Source of the DNA: Octopus vulgaris
Taxonomy: Eukaryota
DNA: 64,000 bases
Direction of reading: 5' to 3'
Assembly (NCBI GenBank): GCA_951406725.2
Contig: OX597840.1
Span: forward strand, 22,692,001 to 22,756,000
Below the pieces are notes generated by a model. The model searched no databases, was not told the origin of the DNA, and saw only the letters and a list, made by a program, of their open reading frames with translations. The first letter of the stretch is position 1, and every line of letters begins with the position of its first letter. Positions 31,618 through 45,965 of this stretch are shown piece after piece. The position numbers and the translations under genes are program-made.

Positions 31618-33878
31618 CGAGCCCTCTAACTGAAAAATTGTGGATTTGTATAAAGAACACACACACACACAGACATTTTGCCGTTTATATATATAGAGGT
31701 TTCTTGCCCGCAAGAGATTATGTCCGATCTTTCGTATTCTTCTGTAGGTCTTCCCAAATCACGATCATAGGAAAAGTTGTTGCCAGTTCTTATCAACAAA
31801 AACAAAGCTGATAAATATGCACAGGTGTTGCAAATTAAGTTTAATTACCAATAAACATCAGCTTGGATGACACTTAATCAAATGACAGAGGAAGGTGTAC
31901 AATCAAACTGATTATGTAAACAGAATTCTGATTGGTCAAAAGTGTCTTCTTGTCTCAAGCTCTGATTTTCTGCCTATTCTTGTCAGAACCTTTGATATGG
32001 AGTATCAAAATTTTAATCCCTTTCACACTTCTAAAATGTCAAACAAACTTTAACATTTGTCACAACTGTTTTAGCCGGGAGACGAAACTGATAGTTTGGT
32101 AACCTGCTGAAATAAACAATAAAAATTGAAAGGAGAAAAGAAACAGCTTTGCAAGTTTAACTCAGTGTTTATTGAACAAGTGAGGTGGGAAATTTAAGAA
32201 GCGAAATGTGAGAATATACACGTCTGTGAGGAGACATGAACAAGAATAGCAAAGATCTACAATACCAAAAGAACTGGTAATACATAAATTACAAGTGTTC
32301 TATGAAGAGAACATAAGACTGCTACATAATTCAACATAAATGTGAAACGACATTAAACATCGTATAAAGTAAATGAAGGTTTCAGTAGGAATGCTACGTC
32401 ATATTTACTTAGGGAGTATACATGCACAAAGATGTATTATGATGTTGTCAGTGGTGTTAGATACAGTAAAATATGGCCTGGACCATGATTACCAGCATCA
32501 ACGTGAAACTTCAGAAAGTAGTTAACCATTTAATGGTTTTAGTAAATTTATACAGAAAAAATAAGTATTATACCTATTTCTTTATTACCCACAAGGGGCT
32601 AAACATAGAGGGGACAAACAAGGACAGACATAGGTATTAAGTCGATTACATCGACCCCAGTGCTTAACAGGTACTTAATTTATCGACCCCGAAAGGATGA
32701 AAGGCAAAGTCGACCTCGGCGGAATTTGAACTCAGAAACAACGGCAGATGAAATACCGCTAAGCATTTCACCCGGCGTGCTAACGTTTCTGCCAGCTCGC
32801 CACCTTCTTTATACCGTTTGACAAAAGCTGGTCAAGCAGAGTTATGCACTAGGGTTGTTGGTCTCCTTCGGTATGGTTTCTATGACTGGATGCCCTTCCA
32901 AACATAAACTAGGAAAAGAAGGGAGAGAATGACAGATATATAGGCGCAGGAGTGGCTGTGTGGTAAGGAGCTTGCTTACCAACCACATGGTTCCAGGTTC
33001 AGTCCCACTGCGTGGCATCTTGGGTAAGTGTCTTCTACTAAAGTCCCGGGCCGACCACAGCCTTGTGAGTGGATTTGGTAGAAGGAAACTGAAACAAGCC
33101 CGTCGTATATATATATATATATTCGTGTGTGTGTTTATGTGTCTGTGTTTGTCCTCCTAGCATTGCTTGACAACTGATGCTGGTGTGCTTATGACCCCGT
33201 TACTGAGCGGTTCGGCAAAAGAGACCGATAAAATAAGTACTGGGCTTACAAAAGAATAAGTCCCGGGGTTGAGTTGCTTGATTAAAGGCGGTGCGCCAGC
33301 ATGGCCGCAGTCAAATGACTGAAACATGTAAGGAGTAAAGAGTATATAGAGAGAAATGGATGGTGATGGAGATGTATGAGGACATACACAAAAGGTAGTG
33401 GTGGTGGGGGGAATATTAGTGGTACAGAGGATAGAGGAGGATGTTTCTTAGAAGTGTGAGGGGCTTATGAATGTGTGTGTGTCACTATATCCTTGCCTGG
33501 AGACTGTGTGATAGTTGTGGGTGTCACTGCCATGCAAGCAATGTCCATCGCCAATCTGCCACACAAATATGTCAGGTTATGGGGAAATATTTTAGTTTGA
33601 AACAGGTGAAGGTTGGCAACAGGAAGGGCATCTGGACAGTGAAAATTCACCTCAATAAATATCATCTCACCAATGAGAGACTGGCAAATGTGGACATGGA
33701 GAACAATGATGACAGATGACTGGTATGGTTTGTCTCTCATGAAGGTTTAAGGAAGTAGTTACGCTGCTTCTATAAGCAAATGATTTGCCACATGTTTCAA
33801 TGATATGGCTTCTCTCATGTATGAAGACATTTGAGACTAGACAAAGTGCTGTTTTTGGGAAATGATTTACCACAGGTA

Positions 33879-35558
33879 TTACAGTGATGTGACTTCTTTT
33901 GTATGAATGCGTTTGTGCCTAGTCAGGTGACCATTTTGAGGAAATGATTTACCACAGATATCACAATGATATGGGTTCTCTCCTGTATGAATGCGTTTGT
34001 GCCTAGTCAGGTGATCATTTTTAGAAAATGATTTACCACAGATATCACAATGATATGGCTTCTCTCCTGTATGAATACGATTGTGACCATTTAAAGAACT
34101 TTTATGAGAAAATGATTTACCACAGATATCACACTGATATGGTTTTTCCCCAGTATGAATACGTTTGTGGTTAGTCAGGTGACTATTTTGAGAAAATGAT
34201 TTACCACAGATATCACAATGATATGGCTTCTCTCCTGTATGAATACGATTGTGACCATTTAAAGATCTTTTATCAGAAAATGATTTACCACAGATATCAC
34301 AATGATATGGCTTCTCTCCTGTATGAACACGATTGTGACCATCTAAAGAACTTTTATCAGAAAATAATTTACCACAGATATCACAATGATATGGCTTCTC
34401 TCCTGTATGAATGCGTTTGTGCCTAGTCAGGTGACTATTTTGAGAAAATGATTCACCACAAATATCACATTGATATGGCTTCTCTCCTGAATGAATGCGT
34501 TTGTGACCAGTTACATGATTAATTCTAGAGAAGGATTTACCACAGATATCACACTGATATGGCTTCTCTCCTGAATGAATGCGTTTGTGACCAGTCAAGT
34601 GACCATTTGTAGAAAATGATTCATCACAAATATCACATTGATATGGCTTCTCTCCTGTATGAATGCGTTTGTGACCAGTCAAGTGACCATTTTGAGAAAA
34701 AGATTCACCACAGATATCACATTGATATGGCTTCTCTCCTGTATGAACACGTTTGTGAGCAGTTACATGATTAATTCTAGAGAAGGATTTACCACAGATA
34801 TCACAATGATATGGCTTCTCTCCTGTATGAATACGATTGTGACTATTTAAAGAACTTTTACCAGAAAATGATTTACCACAGATATCACAATGATATGGCT
34901 TCTCTCCTGTATGAATGCGTTTGTGCCTAGTCAGGTGACTATTTTGAGAAAATGATTCACCACAAATATCACATTGATATGGCTTCTCTCCTGAATGAAT
35001 GCGTTTGTGACCAGTTACATGATTAATTCTAGAGTAGGATTTACCACAGATATCACACTGATATGGCTTCTCTCCTGAATGAATGCGTTTGTGGTGAGTC
35101 AAGGTATAATTATGAGAAAATGATTCACCACAAATATCAGAATGATATGGCTTCTCTCCTGTATGAACATGCTTGTGTGTAGTCAAGGTCCAAGCTACAG
35201 AGAAAGATTTACCACAGATATCACAATGATATGGCTTCTCTCCTGAATGAATGTGTTTGTGCCTAGTCAGGTGACTATTTTGAGAAAATGATTTACTACA
35301 GATATCACAATGATATGGCTTCTCTCCTGTATGAATGCGTTTGTGAATAGTTAAATAACGATATCCAGAGAAGGATTTACCACAGATATCACAATGATAT
35401 GATATTTTGCCCTTTTCATTCTTCTCCTCATCAGAAACATCAATTTCTTCAGACTCTCTTTTACATTCAACTTCAGTCCGATATAATTCATTTTCCATAA
35501 TTTTCTTTTTTCTTGTCACAGTACACAAATGTTTTACTTCTTCTCGTATCATCATCAT
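33879..35558 (-). CDS. C2H2 zinc-finger protein ZNF-A2, 559 aa, 18 fingers
   Basis: Intact ORF; the only protein difference seen from A1 is a SGEKP versus SGEKT linker. Confidence 0.92.
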   Translation of the reverse strand: MMMIREEVKHLCTVTRKKKIMENELYRTEVECKRESEEIDVSDEEKNEKGKISYHCDICGKSFSGYRYLTIHKRIHTGEKPYHCDICSKSFSQNSHLTRHKHIHSGEKPYHCDICGKSFSVAWTLTTHKHVHTGEKPYHSDICGESFSHNYTLTHHKRIHSGEKPYQCDICGKSYSRINHVTGHKRIHSGEKPYQCDICGESFSQNSHLTRHKRIHTGEKPYHCDICGKSFSGKSSLNSHNRIHTGEKPYHCDICGKSFSRINHVTAHKRVHTGEKPYQCDICGESFSQNGHLTGHKRIHTGEKPYQCDICDESFSTNGHLTGHKRIHSGEKPYQCDICGKSFSRINHVTGHKRIHSGEKPYQCDICGESFSQNSHLTRHKRIHTGEKPYHCDICGKLFSDKSSLDGHNRVHTGEKPYHCDICGKSFSDKRSLNGHNRIHTGEKPYHCDICGKSFSQNSHLTNHKRIHTGEKPYQCDICGKSFSHKSSLNGHNRIHTGEKPYHCDICGKSFSKNDHLTRHKRIHTGENPYHCDICGKSFPQNGHLTRHKRIHTKEVTSL

Positions 35559-38500
35559 CGTTTAACGTCTGCTTTCCATGCTAGCATGGGTTGGACGGTT
35601 CAGCTGGGGTCTGGCAAGCCCGAAGGCTGCACCAGGCCAGTCAGATCTGGCAGTGTTTCTACAGCTGGATGCCCTTCCTAACGCCAACAAATATATTTCT
35701 ACTAATATATCTCCATCAAAAGTGATCTTTGTTAATATCTGAAGATGCTGCAAACTGCCTTCTTAATTGCTTTAACTCATTAACATTCAGATTACTCTGT
35801 CAAATTTAATGCTTATTTATTCAAATTCTTCTGAATTAATCATTCATTATCTTATTGCTTTAAGATTTCAACGATGTGATTCTTTATGTTTATATGACAT
35901 TGCAGGGTGAGTGTAAGAGGCCAGATGTAGGCAATTTCAACATAGAATATGCAGAATATTTGGGAATGGTATGCCCAGTTCAAATGTTAAAGGATTAATT
36001 CAAATACAAATATAATTTTCTGTGTATTCCAGACAATAAAGAAGAGAAATTTTGCTACATAAATGTCAGAGTTCAGAAGATATATTTTGCAGTAATTCAG
36101 TATATATTTATAGAAACAGGGTTATACGTGTTATGAGTAAGACGTTCGATACTAATGATGTAGTTTATATAAAAATCCTGTGAAGCTGAGGTCATCTGAT
36201 AATCTGAAACGAAAGAGAAACAACAGTGTAAAACATAAAAGATAATTAGGAATTAGAGATTAAAATAGTGAAAGTTTTACTACATTTTTATATAGACATG
36301 TCCATAGAGGTGCAGGGATGGTTGTGTGGTAAAAAGTTGGCTCCCCAACACACAAATCTAATAAGCACACCCATTTTCTTCCTTCATTTCACTCCTTTCT
36401 TGAATTCCCAAGATTCCCTGTCACCATCCAATTCCATGAACGTGAATTTGAATGCTTGAGACATTGTGAATCTTTCTTTAGCTGATTACACAACCATGGA
36501 TACGTTGCAGTTACTCTCTTCATAGAGCCTGGTGATCCTGACCCCTGAACTACAAGGTTCCCTCTGCCCAGCATCAATATAAGAAGCATTGTTGGTTCAG
36601 CTGAGTTCTTCTGCTGCTTCTTCACAAACTGCAATGCTGCAGTCCCAAAGTTCGTCACAGAGTACCACAGGCGAAAAAATGGTTAGAAATCACAACCGTT
36701 CATTTATATTTTATTTGGAAAATATAAAGTGGACCTCGGTGGAATTTGAACTCAGAAACTAATAATAATAATGGTAAATTAATTATGTGCAATACTTAAT
36801 TAACAAATGCTCCACCACCCATACAATGTGACGTATGTCAGTTATGTGTGGGTAGGAACCCAGCAAATGTATTTCATCATATTAAATTCCAATATAATCG
36901 TAATATACACAGTCTGGGTACTACTAGCGAACAGTGGGCCCGGTGCGCGAACTCGCGCAAGCTAGTCGATCCTACAATAATTTAAACTAAGTAAATATAT
37001 TATTTTTATAAACAAAATAAGGTTAGGGTTAGGTTTAGGGTTAAAAAGTCGTTGTAGGCTCGACTACTTACGACTAGCTAGCGCGAGTGCGCGCACCGGG
37101 ACCACTGTTCGCTAGTAGTACCCAGACTGTGTATATTACGTTTATATTTCATGAAAGTAACTTAATTTCCATCAGGTTTCGAATATTATTTACGATGGGT
37201 AAAATCTAAACAAATTTTGAATTTCCAAAGATTTGCGACAATAAAAGGTTTTGTACAAAGAGAAAACGAACTTAAATCTAAAAAATAAGACGAAATTATT
37301 ACTTTACTCACGATTAAATCTCGATCGTTATCTTCGAAGGAGTCCTTTTCCCTGCAGTTTTGATACAAAAGCAGAAATGCATCCAGAAAAGTCGCTAATT
37401 TCAGAAAAGGGATCAAAGAACTTCTCAGATACCAGAAGCGATCCTTAGAAAAAAATACCGTTAAAAATGGGGTATGTGTAAAACATGAATTAGTTTGTTT
37501 TGAATACCGAAACGAAATTATGGTAATGTACCAAACTTAATGGCAATTATTTAGGCCAGACATTATTTTTTTTTTGAGCTTAAATTCGGCCGATGTTAAT
37601 TTTACCTTTCATAGCTTCGGAATAAATAAAATAAAGATCCAGTGAGAGACAAAAGTCGATGGTAGTTACTAATCTATCCCCCACTGATATTTAGAAAATA
37701 CTGATATTTAGAAAATGTGAAAGAGATAGAAATTCATAAATAATTTTTTGCTTGAGTGTAATGGAAAAAAAGTTATATTTCCTCTTCTTTTACAACCTTT
37801 TTCTAATAATTAAATGAAAAATTAACCTTAGATAACTAAATAACCTTAAGTGTGAATAAAGAGCTCTTTAAATGTCGAGTTATTTCCCCCTAGCAATTCC
37901 CGCACTTTTTCTCCCGCAATATTTTTCCATTCCCTGCTGTTGATTGACCCTCGTGTTTATTACCGGTCACATCCGTTCAACAGATAATTAGCTGAGATTT
38001 AATTCGATAGACGTGATTGCTAATTAAACATGTAGAAAAATTATCAACTGAATTCTTTATTACGCTAATCTTAAAAACATAACGTCTATAATAAAACCTA
38101 GAATTTCTTACGAAGCTGTCGTTGTCTACCTTGGCTTAAGTTCTCACTACCTGAACATACTGCGACCTCGTCCTTACCGGATCTAAATATTACCTGCTTA
38201 TTGTTACAATGGATTGATTGTGACACCTTCCTCCTCTACATTGGGTCTATAAATAATACGTAAGTGTTATATATATATATATATCCTGCCATTGTCTGTC
38301 GTAGCTGAAGTTCTCATTTGGACATCCGTTTCTATAATAGATTTGTTATTAATGTATCAGTATTGTTCACATCAACGATTCTTTTTATGTGTTCAGTAAG
38401 TTATCAGAAAGAAACTGAAGGAAATAGAGAAATGTAACGAAAATAATTATTGTTATAATCTATATACAGAAGGGTCTCACATAATGTAAAGTAAATGTGA

Positions 38501-40701
38501 ATTGTCAATATTGGGTTAACTAAGAGGTTAATCTAAGCAACATCAGAATTCCAGTCGAAGCAAAATTCTGGTTTAACCCCTCATAACTTCTTTACCTTTT
38601 AAATTTTCAGAAAATGTTTGTAAATTTGGGATCTTTTCGGTTTGAACGGCAGTTTTTTAAAATAATTTCCAGGTAACTAAACACTTTTAAACTTCGTATA
38701 CTGGTAGAATGTGTTTATAAAACATCTTTTTCTCTTGGCTTTATTGAGAAAATTCTATTGTTTGTAAGATATTTGTTGTTTTTTTCTGCATTTTCAGCCT
38801 ATCAATGACGTCTATTGAGGTGAAAACATTCTGTCCCGTATGAATTTATCCTTCGTTTAAGAAACAGATTGGGTTTATTTACATTTGTGAAGAAAAAAGA
38901 TACCCTTCCCGCCACCCCTAACCCTAAATTAGATTGAAATGCAATAGATCGATACTAGGGTCATAATTATGGGTGACAATTTCATATGACACCACTAGAA
39001 AAAACTGTCGTTCAAACTGAAAAGATCCGAGATGGAGCCTGAACAGCCCTTCAGTTGGTTACCTCCTTTCAAACCAACCAACCCATGCCAGTGTGTAAAA
39101 TGGACTTTAAATGATGACGGAGTGATAATTTTAAATTTGCATAGACATCTTGTAGTATGCCGTTTAAAGCCTGCTCACTGTATTTGGCTATCTGATGTCA
39201 TCGACAGTATGGATTTGAATGACACTGGATTTACTTGAGGATTTCCTTCATCATCATCATCGTTTAACGTCCGTTCTCCATGCTAGCATGGGTTAGACGG
39301 TTTGACCGGGGATCTGGGAAGCCAGAAGGCTGCGCCAGGCTCCAGTCTGATCTGGCAGTGTTTCTACAGCTGGATGCCCTTCCTAACGCCAACCACTCCG
39401 TGAGTGTAGTGGGTACTTTTTATGTGCCACCTGCACAGGCGCCAGACGAGGCTGGCAACGGCCACGATCGGATTGGTGCTTTTTACATGCCACAGGCACG
39501 GAAACTAGTCTAGGCGGCGCTGGCATCGGCCACGTTCAGACGGTGCATTGACGTGCCACCGGCGCAGGGATCACGACTGCAGTTTCCATTGAATTTGATG
39601 TTGGTGTACTTGACTCAATGGATCTCCTCAAGCATAGGGTCGAAATGGTGTTTCTTCACTTGCTACCTGCACAGGAGTCAGTCCTGTCAGTAGAGTTTAA
39701 AAAATGAGAGAAAGAGAAAGAAAATAGAATTTCCAAGACTAGTATTCTCTACAATTGTTTCAACCCATTGTGCATCTGTGCCTCGCAGGTGAGATGCTGT
39801 ACGAACAGTTGTGGTGCTTCCCTCGTTGCAGGTGTGTTTTGTCAGGTAACTTGTCAAAAGTGCTTCATATTTTAATTTCTGTTTTGCTTAATTCAGTTAG
39901 AATATATTTTGGTAGTTGGATTATTTGAAGCTTCTTTTAGTTTCCATCTACCAAATCCTTGCCCAAGCCTTTGATTGGCCACTCTGGGACTGAACCCAGG
40001 ACCATGTGGTTGGGAAGCCAACTTCTTACCACACAACCATCCCTGCACTTCTACAGCCATGTCTATATAAAAATGTAGTAAAACTTTCACTGTCTTAATC
40101 TCTCTAATTCCTAATTATCTTGTATGTTTTACACTGTTGTTTCTCTTTCGTTTCAGATTATCAGATGACCTCAGCTTCACAGGATTTTTATATAAACTAC
40201 ATCATTAGTATTGAATGTCTTACTCATAACACGTATAACCCTGTTTCTATAAATATATACTGAATTACTGCAAAATATATCTTCTGAACTCTGACATTTA
40301 TGTAGCAAAATTTCTCTTCTTTATTGTCTGGAATACACTGAAAATTATATTTGTATTTGAATTAATCCTTCACCATTTCATCTGTGCATATCAGTCCCAA
40401 ATATTCTGCATATTCTATGTTAAAATTGCCCACATCTGGCCTCTTACACTCACCCTGCAATGTCTTATAAACATATAGAATCACATCGTTAAAATCTTAA
40501 AGCAATAAGATAATGAATGATTATTTCAGAAGAATTTGGAGAGATAGGCATTACATTTGACAGTAATCTGAATGTTTGCAGCATCTTCAGATATTAACAA
40601 AGATCACTATTGATGGAGATATATCAGTAGAAATATTTGTTAAGAGCAATATACGAGAAGAAGGAAAACATTTGTGTACTGTGACGAGAGAAAGGAAAAT
40701 T

Positions 40702-41901
40702 ATGGAAAATGAATTATATCGGAGTGAAGTTGAATGTAAAAGAGAGTCTGAAGAAATTGATTTTTCTGATGGGGAGAAGAATGAAAAGGGCAAAATATCA
40801 TTTCATTGTGAAATCTGTGGTAAATCCTTCTCTGGATATCGTTATTTAACTAGGCACAAGCGTGTTCATACAGCAAAGAAGCCATATCATTGTGATATCT
40901 GTGGTAAATCATTTTCTGAAAATGGTAACTTAACTATTCACAAGCGTGTTCATACAGGAGAGAAGCCACATCATTGTGATATCTGTGGTATATCATTTTC
41001 TCAAAATGGTAACTTAACTCAGCACAAGCGTGTTCATACAGGAGAAAAGCCATATCAGTGTGATATCTGTGGTAAATCATTTTTTCAAAAATATGATTTG
41101 ACTGTCCATAAACGTATTCATACAGGAGAGAAGCCTTATCACTGTGATATCTGTGGAAAATCATTTTCTCAAAATTATAACTTGACTCGTCACAGACACA
41201 TTCACACAGGAGAGAAGCCATATCAGTGTGATATCTGTGGTAAACCTTTCTCTGAAACTGGTAACTTAACTAAGCACAAGCGTGTTCATACAGGAGAGAA
41301 GCCATATCCTTGTGATATCTGTGGTAAATCCTTCTCTCATTGTGACCATTTTTCTAAACATAAACATATTCATACAGGAAAGAAGCCACATTGCTGTGAT
41401 GTCTGTGGTAAATCATTCTCTCAAAGTAATGGCTTGACTCATCACAAACATACACATACAGGAGTAAAGCCATATCCTTGTGATATCTGTGGTAAATCAT
41501 TTTCTCAAAAAATTAATTTGACTGACCACAAACGTATTCATACAGGAGAGAAGCCATATCGTTGTGATATCTGTGGTAAATCCTTCTCTGTCACTAGTAA
41601 CTTAACTTGTCACAAACGTGTTCATACAGGAGAGAAGCCATATCAATGTGATATCTGTGGTAAATCTTTCTCTGGAAGTCATCATGTAACTGCTCACAAG
41701 CGTGTTCATACAGGAGAGAAGCCATATCAGTGTGATATCTGTGGTAAATCATTTTCTCAAAGACTTAATTTGACTAACCACAAACGCATTCATACAGGAG
41801 AGAAGCCATATCATTGTGATATCTGTGGTGAGTCATTTTCTCAAAATGGTCACCTGACTAGGCACAAACGCATTCATACAAAAGAAGTCACATCACTGTA
41901 A
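40702..41901 (+). CDS. C2H2 zinc-finger protein ZNF-B2, 399 aa from first ATG, 13 fingers
   Basis: Intact ORF from MENELY to HTKEVTSL; the track start 40576 is TTG. Confidence 0.92.
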   Translation: MENELYRSEVECKRESEEIDFSDGEKNEKGKISFHCEICGKSFSGYRYLTRHKRVHTAKKPYHCDICGKSFSENGNLTIHKRVHTGEKPHHCDICGISFSQNGNLTQHKRVHTGEKPYQCDICGKSFFQKYDLTVHKRIHTGEKPYHCDICGKSFSQNYNLTRHRHIHTGEKPYQCDICGKPFSETGNLTKHKRVHTGEKPYPCDICGKSFSHCDHFSKHKHIHTGKKPHCCDVCGKSFSQSNGLTHHKHTHTGVKPYPCDICGKSFSQKINLTDHKRIHTGEKPYRCDICGKSFSVTSNLTCHKRVHTGEKPYQCDICGKSFSGSHHVTAHKRVHTGEKPYQCDICGKSFSQRLNLTNHKRIHTGEKPYHCDICGESFSQNGHLTRHKRIHTKEVTSL

Positions 41902-44900
41902 TACCTGTGGTAAATCATTTCCCAAAAACAGCACTTTGTCTAGTCTCAAATGTCTTCATACATGAGAGAAGCCATATCATTGAAACATGTGGCAAATCAT
42001 TTGCTTATAGAAGCAGCGTAACTACTTCCTTAAACCTTCATGAGAGACAAACCATACCAGTCATCTGTCATCATTGTTCTCCATGTCCACATTTGCCAAT
42101 CTCTCATTGGTGAGATGATATTTATTGAGGTGAATTTTCACTGTCCAGATGCCCTTCCTGTTGCCAACCTTCACCTGTTTCAAACTGAAATATTTCCCCG
42201 TGACCTGACATGTTTTTGTTGCAGATTGGCGATGGACATTGCTTGCATGGCAGTGACACCCACAACTATCACACAGTCTCCAGGCAAGGATATAGTAACA
42301 CACACACACACACACACACATTCATAAGCCCCTCACACTTCTTTGAAACATCTCCCTCTATCCTCCGTACCACTAATATTCCCCCACCACCACTACCTAT
42401 TGTGTATGTCCTCATACATCTCCAACATCATCTACTTCTCTCTATATATCTATCATTCTCTCCTTTCTTTTCCTACTGGAATCGTCAGGTTTCTCCTCGA
42501 TAGTAAGACACTCGTCTCTCTCCTGCTGTTATACATCAACCTCCCAACTGACAAAAAGCCATCCCCCTCGCTTCCACTACCTCTGACAACCGAGTGGATC
42601 TTTATCTTGCGAGTTACTTGGTGATCCACAATGGTGCTGGTGCCACATAAAAAACATCCCATGCGCTCAGTAAAGGGGTCGGCATTAGGAATGGCCTCCA
42701 GCCATGGGAACCTTGCCAAAGCAGACGATGGATCACCAGGACTCATTCTTTCTACACCTAGTACTTATTCTATCTTTCCCTTTTGCCAAACTGCTTAACT
42801 CACCAGCATCGGTTGTCAAGCGATATTGGGGGACAAACACAAACATATGCGCAGGAGTGGCTGTGTGGTAAGTAGCTTGCTAACCAACCACATGGTTCCG
42901 GGTTCAGTCCCACTGCGTGGCATCTTGGGCAATTGTCTTCTGCTATAGCCTCGGGCCCACCAGTGCCTTGTGAGTGGATTTGGTAGACGGAAACTGAAAG
43001 AAGCCTGTCGTATATATGTATATATATATATGTGTGTTTGTTTCTGTGTCAGTGTTTGTCCCCCTAGCATTGCTTGACAACCGATGTTGGTGTGTTTACG
43101 TCCCCGTCACTTAGCGGTTCGGCAAATTAGTGCCGGGGTCGATTTTCTCGACTAAAGGCGGTGCTCCAGCATTGCCGCAGACAAATGACTGAAACAAGTA
43201 AAAGAGAAAACAGAGAGAGAGATACATACACATACCAATCTACACATAACAGGCTCCATTTAGTTTCCACCCACCAAATCCACTCACAGGGCTTTGGTCG
43301 GCTCGAGGTTATTATAGAAGACACTTACCCAAGGTGTCCATGCTTAGCATGGGTTGTACATTTTGACCAGGGCTGGAAGGCTGCATCTGATTCCTGTCTG
43401 ATTTCGCATGGTTTCTACGGCTGGATGCTCTTCCTTTCACCAACCACTCTGAGAGTGTAATGGGTGCTCAACAATAGAATGAAGAGTTAATGAATGCAGA
43501 TGTCCGAAATGTGGAACATTCTTGAAAGTACTGGAAGGTTTGGAATTCCATTTTAAACAAGGACAGAGATTCATAATTGAGACTGATTTCACTTGTGCAT
43601 CAAAAATTTAATTTGTGCAATAACTAGTTCAGGATGTGAACACACAAAAAAGAAGAAGCATGGATGTCCCTCAGACAGAGAACACATTTCATGAGGAATA
43701 GATTCATTTCCCAAGTTACAGACATTGTTTATGAGTTTTATTTTTCAAGCACAACATCCAAATTTTGAAAGCTTCTACTACCATAATAAATGCATCTGTG
43801 TCTTACCAAGAAGTTTATAAAGAGCAAAGGAATGCTTCTCAGTAAACAACTCTAGACTTGTTTCTTTGCTTGTGAATCAGTGGTCACGTCTACAAATGAT
43901 GGTGTCCCTGAGTCTTTTCAAAGTGATTCAGAAAACAATTATAATAATAATATTTTGTTTATTCTAAATGATCTTGACACTGTTTTTTACTTTACATAAA
44001 ATATTCTTTACATTCTACTGTTGTTTTATTGTCATTTATTTACAAGTATTATGAATTTTAGAGGCAAAATATTTTTCTGGGAATGAATTACAGTTTATAA
44101 CATTGCTTCTCTGGGAAATTATTGCTTTGCTTTATGAGTTTTCACTTTAGGAGCAATCTCCAGGAAGAAATTAACTCATATATCAAGGCATTATTGTCTC
44201 TGACGTTATTTTGGCTCAAGTCCAGCAATTTCAGGGGAAGGAATAAGTTGAATAACCACATGGATCAGCATGTGTGCTCTTTACATGAACTAGGACAGGG
44301 GCCTTTTACAGGGATCAGCTGAGATACCCTTCGGTCATGATTGACCATGTGATTGCACCTAGAAAGTTACCCTCCCAGGCACAAGTCCGGGCAAGGTTGT
44401 TTATGGAAGACCAGCAGTCGCCCATGCATACCGGCCTCTCCTCTCCACGCCACCAGTGTTATCCAAGGGAAAGGCAAAGGGGCCGGTACAGCTTGGCACC
44501 AGTGATGTCACAACTCATTTCTACAGCTGAGTGAACTGGAGCAACATGAAATAAAGTGTCTTGCTCAAGAACACAACACACAGCACAGTCCGGGATTTGA
44601 ACTCACAACCTCACATTCATAAGCTCGATGCTCTAACCACTGACACATGGGCCTTCACTGGGACCAGCACCATATATATATATATATGTGGTGCTGGTCA
44701 ACGGAGAAGTTCTAAAAAGAAAATGTTGCTAGAAGCTAGGATCACCAATCATTGATTGGCACTTTTCAGTCATACTATGCGGAGAAAATCCCTGGAGAAG
44801 GACATCATGCTCGGAATGGTCAGTGGCAAGAGAGGAAGAGGCCGACCAAGAACCCACTGGCTTGACACTATCAAGAGTGATACTGGAATGGACATAGCCA

Positions 44901-45366
44901 ATCTGAAAGAAGTGGCCCAGGATAGAACTGACTGGAGGACACTGATCCAACGAGTGACCGAGGGTCGACTGAGCGGATATATATATATATGTATATGTAT
45001 GTGTGTGAAGCTATGTGCCTTCACATATATATGTGAAGGTACATGGCTCAGTGGTTAGAGCATTGGGCTCACAATTGTGAGGTAGTGAGTTCAATTCCCA
45101 TGCCAGGCTGTGTATTGTGTTTTTGAGCAAAATGTTATGTTTCACTTTCATTTTCAAAGAGTACTCATTTGTTTTTTGTTTTTTTATTTTATATATTATA
45201 TTAATTATTTTTATTCCTATGTTTTGGTTTATGTTTTTCACTGTTTGATTTGCCTAATTGTGGTTTCATCTCTAATTTAATCTATATTTATACCGTAAAA
45301 TTAGATTTAATCCTAATTCTAATTTTTCCCTGTAAGTTTGGATTTATATTTATAATAAATATATAT

Positions 45367-45398
<32 letters not shown>

Positions 45399-45922
45399 TC
45401 ATATATATAAGAATTGTTTGTGTTAGGCTGTGTAGATATTAGAACATTTATAGACTTTCTATCTATAAATGTTCTAATATCTACACAGCCTTGGTTCTTT
45501 ATCTCATTACGCAAAATATTGTTATATACACACGCTGGCATGTGACCAATGTTGAAACCCCTTCGAAAAATTACCGAAACTGGAACTTCACTATGGTATC
45601 TATAGCAGTTCTTCAACATTACCTGACACCATTACCTATTATAACCTATATATATATATGTACACCATAAAAACACACGTAATTTGCACAGGTAATTTTC
45701 TGGATAAAAACTGTTAAAAAGAAGCTTCTACTCATGTAAAATTCACACCCAATTTTTAGCCAGAGGGAAAAGGTTTCCAATTTAGTTGTATTTAGCATAA
45801 TTTCACTTATGATTAGATTTTATTAAATTTTCCCTAATTAAAAATAATTTGTTTAACAGGTATCACATTGAAAGTTATTAAATTATGAAGTGTTTGTGTT
45901 GTTTATAATAAACTTTATTTTA

Positions 45923-45965
45923 CACTAGCACTATGACCCGGCAACACCGGGTCATAGTGCTAGTG
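45923..45965. other. Perfect 19-bp-stem hairpin resembling a symmetric Helitron 3' terminus; imperfect copies near 9133, 27550, 58410
   Basis: CACTAGCACTATGACCCGG-CAACA-CCGGGTCATAGTGCTAGTG. Confidence 0.75.
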
